Of a stretch of 60,677 nucleotides of DNA, positions 50,720-59,760 are shown piece after piece. A model generated the notes under the pieces. That model searched no databases and was not told where the DNA came from. It saw only the letters and a program-made list of their open reading frames with translations. Numbering within the stretch: the stretch's first letter is position 1; each line of letters begins with the position of its first letter. This DNA is from Methanobacteriota archaeon (GTDB lineage Archaea > Thermoplasmatota > Poseidoniia > Poseidoniales > Poseidoniaceae). The stretch lies in assembly GCA_018701175.1 (NCBI GenBank), contig JABIWF010000080.1, forward strand, positions 1-60,677. The letters run 5' to 3'. The position numbers were made by a program, and so were the translations under genes.

Positions 50720-52723
50720 GTGGGGCTAATGCAGAGCGGAGTAAGCGGATGGTATGCACGACTGGACCGATGTCTTGAAAACCGCACAGAGCAAATCCAT
50801 ATTTGGCTCGCTGCGTGGGAGAAATCACTTCTCGTTCACCAACCAATCGCTGCACTTCTGCCCGAGGACTGGCCAACGCTACCAGCCAATCTTCTCACCG
50901 ATCCAGGGCATGTTCTCGACCATCTTCTCGCTCGTCACGATGCTGAAGCGGACGGGCGCTCCCCTCGCGGGGCGCACCCAACACCTCCACGCTTGGCCGA
51001 TGCCGTCATCGCATCCGAACTCCTTGAAAGTTTAACACGGCCGAAGACGCCAACGCAACCCTCCTCGATGCACCTCAACAATCTTCCACCCGGCTTCCGC
51101 CAACACCTGGAAAAGTTGAACCTCCCTCAACGCGCCAAAGAACCCGAAGTCGACGATGAAGTTGAGTTCGAACGGGTTGAGAAGGGAATGCGCACACTCA
51201 GTGGAATCCCCCTCCCCGTTGCTGATACCTCATGCGGCGGTGGTATTTTCCATGCACGCCTTATTCGTCGTCATGCTGAAAGTCACTCCGACAGCACAGA
51301 AGAGAAGAAAATTGCGGACACACGAATGTTACTGTCTTCTTTCCAACTCCTTGACAACGATGAGTTGGTCGTTGCCTCAACTCGTCAGCGCCTTCTTTTG
51401 GAATGTATTCGGTACGATCTTGTAAGTCTCAAATCAGACAAGCCAGGTTGCCTCCCTCGCAAGGAAGCCGAGGATTTGTTTGACCTTGCTGTTCGCCAAG
51501 GCGATACTCTCCAAGGCGATTGGCCGTGGAAGGAAAGTCCGAGCCTTATCGTGACCAACCCTCCGTGGTTGCGAATTAAAGACCGATTCAGAGGAATGGA
51601 AGAGGGGAGCAAACTTCGACGAGAACTGGGTGAACAACTTCGCGCCCTATCCGATAACGGAGTTCAACGCTTCTCAACAATGAGAGGTAACGTCAATTTG
51701 TACCGATTGTTCATTGAGCGCGGATTGCAGATTTTAGAAACTGGAGGCCGTCTACGCCTCATCGCCCCAGACAGCATCCTGCGAGAGCAGTCTTCACATC
51801 CACTTCGTCAACTCTTGGTTGAAAGCCACGGCTGGAGCGACATTTGGGCCATCGAGGAAGCAAACCACTTGTTCCCAGGTATGACTCAAGGCGTCGCAGT
51901 TCTCGGAATTTCGGCTAAAGTAGAGTCTGAAAAGTTGGTTGTCTTCGGACCAATCAGCCGTGCTGACTTGCGCCGTGACCAACAAGGCTTATCCAACCGA
52001 GTCCCTTCTTTTGAAATGGAAACGGAACGCTGGATTGCATGGGCTAAAGATACCTGGGCAATCCCTCGTCTTCCTCGCGACCGTGTCGAACGTAAGCAAA
52101 CGCTTGAGATTCTCGACCGTCTTGCTCGCCTCCCACGCATGGGTGAGTCACAGCACGCCATTGCTACAAACGGCCACACCGTCAGAGTTCGTGTCGGAGA
52201 GATTGACCAAACTGCACACTCCAAGTCAATTGAAACTTGGGTCAAAGGCAGAGGCTCCCGCCCCTTCATACGAGGAGTCCACTTTTCAGAAGACGAAGAT
52301 GGGCAAGTTTTCGTCCGACACCCTGCCTTCAGAACCGATATCCCCTCCCGAGCTAACGAACGCCAGTTGGCAATGTGGTGCGGTGGAGCAGATCCGAAAT
52401 ACGGCCCCCGACTTGCCTGCCAGGCTATTGTTAACGCTCATCAAGAGCGTCGCCTACGTTGGGCTGTTATTCCAGCAAATTGCGTCCTCGGTAACAGCGT
52501 TAATCACATCGAACTCCATGCTGACATTCAAGCGCGGTTAATCAACAGCCACGGTACCTTGGAAAAGGCCCTCCACTGGATGTGTGAATTGTTGAATGCT
52601 AAAGACCTCGATGAATGGGCTCGTGCCTGGTCTGCAAACAACAACGTCAACAATTACGAATTGGAGATGCTCCCGCTTGATGTAATGTCCGAACTTCCGG
52701 AAATCGTTATTTCAGCGCAGTAA
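50720..52723 (+). CDS. N6-adenine DNA methyltransferase-like protein (gamma-class, Eco57I/TaqI-like), no nuclease partner
   Basis: Motif X-like GAHPTPPRLADAVIA, motif I VADTSCGGGIFHA, motif IV LIVTNPPWLRIK, then NLYRLFIERGLQILETGGRLRLIAPDSILRE. The C-terminal approx. 250 aa may be a target-recognition region. GTG 50720, first ATG 50729. Confidence 0.8.
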   Translation: MGLMQSGVSGWYARLDRCLENRTEQIHIWLAAWEKSLLVHQPIAALLPEDWPTLPANLLTDPGHVLDHLLARHDAEADGRSPRGAHPTPPRLADAVIASELLESLTRPKTPTQPSSMHLNNLPPGFRQHLEKLNLPQRAKEPEVDDEVEFERVEKGMRTLSGIPLPVADTSCGGGIFHARLIRRHAESHSDSTEEKKIADTRMLLSSFQLLDNDELVVASTRQRLLLECIRYDLVSLKSDKPGCLPRKEAEDLFDLAVRQGDTLQGDWPWKESPSLIVTNPPWLRIKDRFRGMEEGSKLRRELGEQLRALSDNGVQRFSTMRGNVNLYRLFIERGLQILETGGRLRLIAPDSILREQSSHPLRQLLVESHGWSDIWAIEEANHLFPGMTQGVAVLGISAKVESEKLVVFGPISRADLRRDQQGLSNRVPSFEMETERWIAWAKDTWAIPRLPRDRVERKQTLEILDRLARLPRMGESQHAIATNGHTVRVRVGEIDQTAHSKSIETWVKGRGSRPFIRGVHFSEDEDGQVFVRHPAFRTDIPSRANERQLAMWCGGADPKYGPRLACQAIVNAHQERRLRWAVIPANCVLGNSVNHIELHADIQARLINSHGTLEKALHWMCELLNAKDLDEWARAWSANNNVNNYELEMLPLDVMSELPEIVISAQ

Positions 52724-52724
52724 T

Positions 52725-52753
52725 CCAGCAAATCATTGCGAAATTCTTGCTGG
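52725..52753 (+). terminator. Possible hairpin just after the methyltransferase stop codon
   Basis: CCAGCAA-N15-TTGCTGG inverted repeat beginning 2 nt after TAA. No strong oligo-T tract follows. Confidence 0.2.
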
Positions 52754-52846
52754 TTACAATCCGTTATGGACGGTGAAGAGTTCAACATCATTTATTACTG
52801 ATAAGCCACTGGAACATATGTAGCGATTGTTCGTGGTGAGTAAAGA

Positions 52847-53428
52847 ATGGGCATTCATCCGAAGATCGGCATTACAGGTTTACCACGTAGCGGTAAATCT
52901 GCAGTTATGGAAAAAGTACTCAAAATGCTCGGTGATGAGCGCGCTCGTGAAATTAAAATGCGAGGCAGTTTGACTGAAGCTCCAATTATTGGAGGGATGC
53001 GAACAGAACCCATCATGGATGGCAGCGAACGACTTGGATACAGCGTCTTCAACATCGTAACCGGTGAAAATGCAATCATGGCTCACAAGAATATTGATTC
53101 TCGTCTGCGTGTGCTTGGCTACGGTATTGATACCGCTGCACTGGAGGCAATTGCCATCCCGGCAATCGAATATGCTCGCGATGAATGCGAAGTAGTGGTC
53201 ATAGACGAAATCGGAAAATTCGCTGTCGAAAGTGAAGCATTCGTGAATGTAGTTCGAAGCGCACTTGAAGTGGACAAACCGACCCTCCTTACCCTTCACA
53301 AGAAGAGCCGTCACCCATTGCTTCAAGACATTCGTCGACGAGACGACGGCCGCATTTTGGAAGTAACTCCAGTCAACCGTGCTCTCTTGCCTTACAAGAT
53401 TCACAAGTTGATGCGTGAAACTTACTGA
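52847..53428 (+). CDS. Nucleoside-triphosphatase THEP1 (COG1618)
   Basis: P-loop KIGITGLPRSGKSAV, Walker B VVVIDEIGKF, and the C-terminal block RILEVTPVNR. Confidence 0.8.
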   Translation: MGIHPKIGITGLPRSGKSAVMEKVLKMLGDERAREIKMRGSLTEAPIIGGMRTEPIMDGSERLGYSVFNIVTGENAIMAHKNIDSRLRVLGYGIDTAALEAIAIPAIEYARDECEVVVIDEIGKFAVESEAFVNVVRSALEVDKPTLLTLHKKSRHPLLQDIRRRDDGRILEVTPVNRALLPYKIHKLMRETY

Positions 53429-53467
53429 TGAGCCCGCCGTTGGTTTCATTGCCTTGTTCTTCCACGC

Positions 53468-53812
53468 TTGTCTATGAGCAACCCTTCGCAGGCAGCATCG
53501 ACGCTTCTGCTCGGTACTGGAGTTGGTTGCTTCCTTATTGCTGGCTTTGGTTTTGTTCAAGGTAGAATCTCTCTCGATGGATTAAGTCTGGGACTCGTTT
53601 TCCCGGCACTCGGTGCAGTGCTTGTTGCCGTTTCACGTTCGATACGCTCAGGAGAGGGACTTTTCACAGCCGCTTTTCCTTCCGAAGACGACGATATGCT
53701 TGTCGAACGGGTTCATCGTGATCTAGAATCAACACGAAAAGAGGAGAGCATGGGTTCAGCTTGGGCTGAACTTGAAGCTGCAGTTCTTGAAACTGAATTG
53801 AGTGAAGAATAG
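53468..53812 (+). CDS. Small membrane protein (2 TM, acidic tail)
   Basis: LLLGTGVGCFLIAGFGFV and LGLVFPALGAVLVAV, then a charged tail ending ELSEE. Confidence 0.5.
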   Translation: MSMSNPSQAASTLLLGTGVGCFLIAGFGFVQGRISLDGLSLGLVFPALGAVLVAVSRSIRSGEGLFTAAFPSEDDDMLVERVHRDLESTRKEESMGSAWAELEAAVLETELSEE

Positions 53813-53815
53813 TAC

Positions 53816-55186
53816 TCACAGATTCTTTCCTGTCGATTTTGATTGAGTGCGAACATGCAAAGTCAAACCGATCGCTGCGATTGCGCCAGGAATCCATCCA
53901 ACCCATAAGGCCGCTAAGAACGGTATATCCCATCCAAACGGTAAGACCGAAGCAGCCAATGTTGCTGCCAGCAATGGATACAAGACAAACGAGTACGATG
54001 GCGAGACCACATCTTTCTCAATGAACCACGAAGCAACTGAAGACAGCGGTAATACAACCCATATTGCAGGAATCAAGAGTACTGCATACGGCGTAAACAT
54101 GCTCATGATAATCGGAGCATACAGGAGCGTCATTTTCATCCACCATATTTCCGGTCGAGGTGCAGCATCAAATCCAAGAGCAGGCATGAATTGAACCAGC
54201 ATCATGGACGAGATGGCAACAGACGACATCCAAATGGCATAGGTATGAGGGCCGAGTCCATCTCCAAACACGGTTAATTGATTCACATGAAGCAGTGTGA
54301 GTAGCAACACGATGAGAGCCATAACTACAGCGAGCACCATCATGCTAAGACTACGCCCCTCTCCATGGTTTAACTCTGCGTCAGAACGAACTGCAGGTTG
54401 TAGGACAGTGGCAAAACAGATACCAAGGTGGATGGAGAGTACGAGCGGTAACATCATGCTTTGCTCGTGCAACTGGTCCAACCAATCCGCATCGAAGTCA
54501 ATAACCGTAGTGAGATAGACGAGGGCACCCACGCTCAAGAGCAGAACTTTCAATCTTGCTCTGCTGGCAAGTTTCTGAAAATTCGGACCTGCAAGGAATA
54601 ATGTCGTTACGGCGAACAATTCTCCTCCAAACATAAGAAGGCCCCCGATGAGAATAATCGGTGTGAAACTCATCCATTCGGGGACAGGGCCGATTGGTCC
54701 AGTGGGGAATGCTGCAGGTTCAGAATACGCTTGTTCTGGGAAAAACAACGTTGTTGATGCGAGGGCGAAGGATGCAGTGAACATCATCAACCTGTTTCGG
54801 AAGTTTTGACGTAAATCCAATCGAGCCGAAGATATACTCGGCAAATGCTCGCTTAGTACAGCAAAGAGGAGCACAATCAGCATGATAATTTCAATACCAC
54901 CGTCTCCGGTGAACATCAGTTTGAAGTCAGAGGAAGATGGTGTACCCGGTCCGAGGTGCTTGGCGATTTCGAGGTGGCTCATATCGCGAGCATAGATTGC
55001 TTTGAAACGGTAAAGAATCATCACAGCCAATTGAATTGGGGGGAGCCATCGAACGGCGACAACGACGTACTTCCATGCAGGAGTGCCTTTTCTTTCCGCG
55101 TACCTCTCGATTGAACTCATCCAAATCCAAGCGAACAGTCCGATGACCAGCGCGGGCAAAAACCACGGCATCTCATCGCCCAACAT
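53816..55186 (-). CDS. Polytopic integral membrane protein (10 or more TM), unknown function
   Basis: Almost entirely hydrophobic helices. The track ORF runs to 55321 but would overlap the divergent NSUN gene; ATG 55186 (MLGDEMPWFLPALVIGLF) is more plausible. Confidence 0.6.
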   Translation of the reverse strand: MLGDEMPWFLPALVIGLFAWIWMSSIERYAERKGTPAWKYVVVAVRWLPPIQLAVMILYRFKAIYARDMSHLEIAKHLGPGTPSSSDFKLMFTGDGGIEIIMLIVLLFAVLSEHLPSISSARLDLRQNFRNRLMMFTASFALASTTLFFPEQAYSEPAAFPTGPIGPVPEWMSFTPIILIGGLLMFGGELFAVTTLFLAGPNFQKLASRARLKVLLLSVGALVYLTTVIDFDADWLDQLHEQSMMLPLVLSIHLGICFATVLQPAVRSDAELNHGEGRSLSMMVLAVVMALIVLLLTLLHVNQLTVFGDGLGPHTYAIWMSSVAISSMMLVQFMPALGFDAAPRPEIWWMKMTLLYAPIIMSMFTPYAVLLIPAIWVVLPLSSVASWFIEKDVVSPSYSFVLYPLLAATLAASVLPFGWDIPFLAALWVGWIPGAIAAIGLTLHVRTQSKSTGKNL

Positions 55187-55257
55187 AGTTTGGACGGAGG
55201 GGATGAAGCCCTTGAGGATGGCGGAAGCAACATAGATGGGGGGCAGAACCCACAAAC

Positions 55258-57048
55258 ATGTCGCGCAATCAATGGCAGGAGCAAGACCTTCTTGCTGTAG
55301 CGCGCGATACCCCCCTCGCAAATCTTGCCAAGAACCTTGGCTATGACCTTGAAAAATGGATTCCTACGGCCACCACCTCGCTTCCAGAGACGCTTAGAGT
55401 CACGAAGGCTCGCCACGATCGGGAATGGACAGAATCTCTCCTAAGAGAACTTGGTGGAGCGCCATTACCGTGGGCTGAAGGCGATTTTGCTTGGCAGATG
55501 CCGTTTGCACGCGGCCAAGCACCTGACGAGCGAAGCAAGTATATTCTCAGTTTGTTGCACGAATCCGGTCGAATTACTCGGCAGGAAGCAGCCAGTATGC
55601 TCCCAGTTGTCGTATTGAATCCGCAACCGGGACAACTGATTCTCGATTTGTGTGCAGCGCCCGGCTCCAAAGCAACTCAAGTCGCTGAAGCAGTGGCGCC
55701 AAACGGTGTAGTCGTTGCGAATGAACCGGTGTCAGGTCGCGTGAACATGCTCGTTTCAAACAGAGGCCGTTTGTCGACCTCAAACATGCTCATCAATCAA
55801 CAAGACGGCCGCCACATCGGACGAATTCCACCCCCAGGCTACGACGGTATCGTTGCCGATGTTCCGTGTACAGGTTCAGCAACTTCGCGTAAAAATCGAA
55901 ATGTTTGGTGGAAATGGTCGCCGAAGGAAAGCCGTACACTGTTTCGACTGCAAGTCGAAATCACCACCCGTGGTGCCAGTTTACTGCGGCCAGGCGGTCA
56001 TTTGGTTTACTCGACCTGCAGTATCGACCCCTGCGAAAATGAAGCAGTCGTCGCTCAACTCTTGCGGCAACTTCCTTACCTCGAACTCGTAGATATCGAT
56101 GAATCCAAATTGAAGGGACTCAAATTACGTGAGGGTTTGAGCGATTGGGATGTTCTTGACAAAGAATCAAATCCACTTCCGAGGGGCGATGAAGTGCCAC
56201 GGACTACTTTTTTACAACCCGTTCACATGAGTCCAGCCGCTCGCCGACATTGGATGGAATCGGTGGATGAAGACATCGATGAAAAGTTGGAAATGGATAT
56301 TGAAGCACAGTTGTCGAAATGTCGGCGTCTCATCCATCATGACAACGACACTGGAGGTTTTTTTGTTGCAATGTTCCGACACCGACCCGAGGCGACTCCA
56401 GAAGGAATCGCTCGGACTTTCATCCGTCGCCGCCAACCCACTCCTGAGTCGGGTTGGGTGCCGCTGGTTCTCGACCAACCGCATACGAACCGTCACACCA
56501 TTTACGCTGCACCGCAGGAAATTATCGACGAAGCCTCGGCTCGATACGGTATTGTCCCTGATGAAGTTTCATGGTGGGTTCGTGGAAAGCGCCTCAACAT
56601 TGCTCCGAAAATGGTCTATGACCGGATTTTCAATCAAAAATGCCCGAATAAGCGAGGCAATCTATGGCCTGAGGGAACGTTTCACCCACTCAAACTTATT
56701 CACGCTGGTTTGCCAGCATTTACCAAAAAGAGAGGCGATTGGCGTTCAAGACAGGAAGCAGTACCTGCGCTTTATCCACTGATTACCGCATCTAAAATCG
56801 TCGTTGCGCCTGAAACATTGCAACGTTTACTCACCGGTTGGGCGCCGTTGCTCGAAGACTACAACGACGAGTTCGAACCCATCGCAATCGATGGGCCGCT
56901 GTTACTTTCTTGTGAACTCTCGGGTGGCGAGGAACTCATTTCAGCATGGGCTGGGGCGAGATTGACCCTCATGATGGATGAGAAAGGTCGAGATATTTTA
57001 CGATTAAAATTAGCAATGCCGTTTCAGCATGAAGAAGAGGAAGAGTGA
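55258..57048 (+). CDS. NOL1/NOP2/Sun-family RNA cytosine-C5 methyltransferase (RsmB/RsmF/archaeal tRNA m5C type) with long C-terminal domain
   Basis: SAM motif ILDLCAAPGSKATQVAE and catalytic Cys motifs DGIVADVPCTGSATSRKN and LVYSTCSIDPCENEAVV. Ends HEEEEE. Confidence 0.85.
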   Translation: MSRNQWQEQDLLAVARDTPLANLAKNLGYDLEKWIPTATTSLPETLRVTKARHDREWTESLLRELGGAPLPWAEGDFAWQMPFARGQAPDERSKYILSLLHESGRITRQEAASMLPVVVLNPQPGQLILDLCAAPGSKATQVAEAVAPNGVVVANEPVSGRVNMLVSNRGRLSTSNMLINQQDGRHIGRIPPPGYDGIVADVPCTGSATSRKNRNVWWKWSPKESRTLFRLQVEITTRGASLLRPGGHLVYSTCSIDPCENEAVVAQLLRQLPYLELVDIDESKLKGLKLREGLSDWDVLDKESNPLPRGDEVPRTTFLQPVHMSPAARRHWMESVDEDIDEKLEMDIEAQLSKCRRLIHHDNDTGGFFVAMFRHRPEATPEGIARTFIRRRQPTPESGWVPLVLDQPHTNRHTIYAAPQEIIDEASARYGIVPDEVSWWVRGKRLNIAPKMVYDRIFNQKCPNKRGNLWPEGTFHPLKLIHAGLPAFTKKRGDWRSRQEAVPALYPLITASKIVVAPETLQRLLTGWAPLLEDYNDEFEPIAIDGPLLLSCELSGGEELISAWAGARLTLMMDEKGRDILRLKLAMPFQHEEEEE

Positions 57049-57052
57049 GTGT

Positions 57053-58291
57053 ATGCGAAGAAATACACCTGTATTGGCTGTTCTTCTCTGCATTCTTCTC
57101 TTTCCACACGCCGCTACTGAAACTGCAGAGGGTTATGATCTGGTCGCATCGACGCCTTTGCCTGAACAACGCTCTGCCGATACAGTCCTTTACGAGCATT
57201 TTTTACCTCAAGAAGGGCCATATGAAACAGTCGCAACTGAGGACTTAATCCAACTTTCATGGTGGAAGTGGAGTGATGAGACAAACTCCGATTGGCCAGA
57301 TGACGATGCGCAAGCACGGCTCGGGGAACTTGGCCTAAGCGATGATACAACCATGATTTTTAATGAGAAAAAAGTCGAGAACACCTCGATTGCTGATGGT
57401 GTGGCAACTGGTCTTGAGAGCGCCCGTCAACAAACCGTCCTCACACTCGAAGGAAGTATCGATATATTGAGCGATGAACTCGGCCAGTGGTCGCTTCGTA
57501 TTCCAGTACAAATGACGCCGCTTGTCAACATAAGTGATAACACAGTGTTGTACATTTTCATCACTGAAGACACTGCGACTGACCGACATGGAAGAACAAC
57601 AAAACATTTGGTTCGAGACATGAAACCTGAACTTGGTTTTTCAAACCAACAAGGCAATGTAACCGACACAGAATGGTTGGTGACAGCAGATCATCTGATG
57701 GCTGCAGGCATCGATTTAGAACAGAATCCATACGGTTGGCACATCACTTTGGCCTTCTTTGGCGAAGTTGAAGGAGAATCAACAAACCGCTTGTTGGCGT
57801 TATACCATACTCCGCTCCCCAACAGGTGGCACGCCAGTACTCCCGGTAACTTTGCTCTTCCACTCTTCCTTCTCATCTTCGCCAGTGCAGTAGCAGCTGG
57901 CGCAGTTTCTAATGCTATGAAACGAGAGAAAGGTATGCCGCGATTGAGTGCTGAATGGAAGACTATTCAACCCCCAGTGGCTCGTTTTACATTCAACGCT
58001 GGAAATCTTCCACTCCAACTGAAATCGTGCGTTACCGAATTGCCTTGGGGGATGAAAGGTGGATTCAAGACAAAGCAAATACCAGCGGATTCGGAATACG
58101 AATTCGTGGTACGTTTCAAAGAAATACATTCTACGGATTGTCAAGTTTCTTTTGGGCTTGAAGTCGAGGAACTCGGAACATGGACGCAATATCTGCGTTT
58201 GACATCCCCTCACTTCCTTTCAGAGGACGGCGAGGGAAGCGTTGAAATCGACGAACCTAAAGCAGCGGGTGGAGAGCACCATGACGCTTGA
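57053..58291 (+). CDS. Hypothetical exported/membrane protein
   Basis: MRRNTPVLAVLLCILLFPHAA (signal-like) and an internal TM FALPLFLLIFASAVAAGAV. The track ORF starts at 57029, inside the NSUN gene. Confidence 0.6.
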   Translation: MRRNTPVLAVLLCILLFPHAATETAEGYDLVASTPLPEQRSADTVLYEHFLPQEGPYETVATEDLIQLSWWKWSDETNSDWPDDDAQARLGELGLSDDTTMIFNEKKVENTSIADGVATGLESARQQTVLTLEGSIDILSDELGQWSLRIPVQMTPLVNISDNTVLYIFITEDTATDRHGRTTKHLVRDMKPELGFSNQQGNVTDTEWLVTADHLMAAGIDLEQNPYGWHITLAFFGEVEGESTNRLLALYHTPLPNRWHASTPGNFALPLFLLIFASAVAAGAVSNAMKREKGMPRLSAEWKTIQPPVARFTFNAGNLPLQLKSCVTELPWGMKGGFKTKQIPADSEYEFVVRFKEIHSTDCQVSFGLEVEELGTWTQYLRLTSPHFLSEDGEGSVEIDEPKAAGGEHHDA

Positions 58292-58745
58292 TGAAACAGA
58301 CCGAGCCTTGCTGTCGGCCATGTTGGAAGACGCTCGTATTAGCCAACGTGCTCTTGCTCGCAAGGTTGGTATCGCCCAAGGTACAGTTCTCAATCGAATC
58401 CGCCGCATGGAAGAACTCGGCATCATCAAAGGATACAGCGTTCTTCTTGACCCCGCTTCCATGGGCTGGAGCATGACCATCATGGCCGGTCTGCGTATTG
58501 TCAAGGGGCGGATGATTGATGTCCAAAGGAAAATAGCTGCTGACCCACGGGTTTTCGCTGTCTATGACGTGACTGGAGATTGGGATTCAATGGTTTTGGC
58601 TCGTGTAAAGGACCGTGAAGACCTCGATGACTTGACAAAGACCGTGTTTACGCTCGACGGCGTTTCTCGTTCGTACACGCATGTTGTTCTTAACACCGTC
58701 AAAGAGGACGGAATGCCTAAACCCCCTTCGTCTTCAAACGATTAA
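58281..58745 (+). CDS. lrp: Lrp/AsnC-family transcriptional regulator
   Basis: LDETDRALLSAMLEDARISQRALARKVGIAQGTVLNRIRRMEELGIIKGY (HTH) plus a RAM-like C-terminal domain (DVTGDWDSMVLARV). ATG 58281 is preceded by GGTGGAGAG and overlaps the upstream gene by 11 nt. Confidence 0.85.
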   Translation: MTLDETDRALLSAMLEDARISQRALARKVGIAQGTVLNRIRRMEELGIIKGYSVLLDPASMGWSMTIMAGLRIVKGRMIDVQRKIAADPRVFAVYDVTGDWDSMVLARVKDREDLDDLTKTVFTLDGVSRSYTHVVLNTVKEDGMPKPPSSSND

Positions 58746-59221
58746 CTGCTTCTGGAATCTTCCATGTCGATAAAAGGCAGCAGATCCACTGCTAGGCTCT
58801 TCAGGGATTCAACAACGCGAGTTTCAGGTTTGAGCGCTTTCAACAACTGATTACGCAATGCATCGCATACCTTCACATCCATTGCTTCTAACCGTTCAGT
58901 AAGTGATTTTTGTAACCGTCCGCCTGTTCGGTCCCAATCCATGAGCAAACACATCGATGGTCCACCTTGTGCATCACGAGTGCCGTATGTTTCGTAGAGG
59001 TAGGCGATAAATCGGTCAAGCCCCCATCCCCGATTCAAGACTTCAATTGGGCCAGTGAAGTCCAGTGCTTCCAATGCATAACGGTCTCTTTTCCCTTCGA
59101 TGATGACGGGCCATCCATGACGGTTTTTCGCTCGTGCTTCCCCTAAAGCGAAGCCTGCAATTTCAAAACGTTCCGCTGCGTTTCCACTGCCAAGAGGTGA
59201 ACGATGCTTTTGATCTCTCAT
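58742..59221 (-). CDS. Toprim-domain protein (small primase-like/RNase M5-like, COG1658 type)
   Basis: WPVIIEGKRDRYALEAL (Toprim Glu) and CLLMDWDRTGGRL (DxD). ATGA overlap with the upstream DUF167 gene; stop overlaps the convergent lrp stop. Confidence 0.65.
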   Translation of the reverse strand: MRDQKHRSPLGSGNAAERFEIAGFALGEARAKNRHGWPVIIEGKRDRYALEALDFTGPIEVLNRGWGLDRFIAYLYETYGTRDAQGGPSMCLLMDWDRTGGRLQKSLTERLEAMDVKVCDALRNQLLKALKPETRVVESLKSLAVDLLPFIDMEDSRSS

Positions 59222-59553
59222 TCTTCTTCCTCCAATACGGTTTGAAGCTGTTCAACAAAACGCGTAGCATGCGTCGATTCTATGCGTATTTTCTTCATCC
59301 GAGATGTCAATCCACTGATGATTTTGAGTTGATTCTTAGGAACATCGAAGGCCTTTGAAAGGACATGCAAGACGGCATTGTTCGCCATTCCTTTTTGTGC
59401 TTGAGCGCGAACCGCAATGCTCACGCATCCTCTCCATTCGTTCACGCCGAGTATACCTTGCCGCTTTGCCCCAGGTTGCACCTCGACATCAACCGTCACA
59501 GCACCATCGAAGGTGGACTGGAGGTAGTGTGAAGCGCTCATCAATCTCCACAT
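59218..59553 (-). CDS. DUF167 (YggU-family) protein
   Basis: VTVDVEVQPGAKRQGILGV...VSIAVRAQAQKGMANNAVLHVLSKAFDVPKNQLKIISGLTSRMKKIRI matches the YggU core (PGAk...i.G......l.i.v.A.P..G.AN). The track ORF begins at TTG 59601; ATG 59553 or 59541 is more likely. Confidence 0.7.
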   Translation of the reverse strand: MWRLMSASHYLQSTFDGAVTVDVEVQPGAKRQGILGVNEWRGCVSIAVRAQAQKGMANNAVLHVLSKAFDVPKNQLKIISGLTSRMKKIRIESTHATRFVEQLQTVLEEEE

Positions 59554-59760
59554 GACGGGGCCATATTTCAACTTGCTAACCTTTGGCGTCCTTCGGCTCA
59601 AAAAACAATGCTTAATAAGGGCGAAAACTAAGGGCGAAGAGTAGCAAACAAAACGCTACACTGTGAGCATGCCGCAAGGATGCTGAACAGATGCTTAACC
59701 ATGCCGTATTCTCCAAGGGTTTAAGGCAGGTATCACCGGCCCTCTCTTTGAGGGTAATCT

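Noticed and set aside
50720-53428. Methyltransferase + THEP1 NTPase as a type IIG or BREX-like defence system
   Set aside because: The methyltransferase has no nuclease domain, and no PglZ, helicase, specificity or phosphatase genes are nearby. THEP1 (COG1618) is a broadly conserved archaeal housekeeping NTPase separated by its own 123-nt spacer. I kept only the weaker 'orphan methylase' finding.
52880-53560. 226-aa minus-strand ORF overlapping THEP1; similar long antisense ORFs at 47260-47802, 21345-21893 and 51886-52269
   Set aside because: All lie entirely inside well-supported motif-bearing genes on the opposite strand and show no motifs of their own. These are typical shadow ORFs in mid-GC coding DNA.
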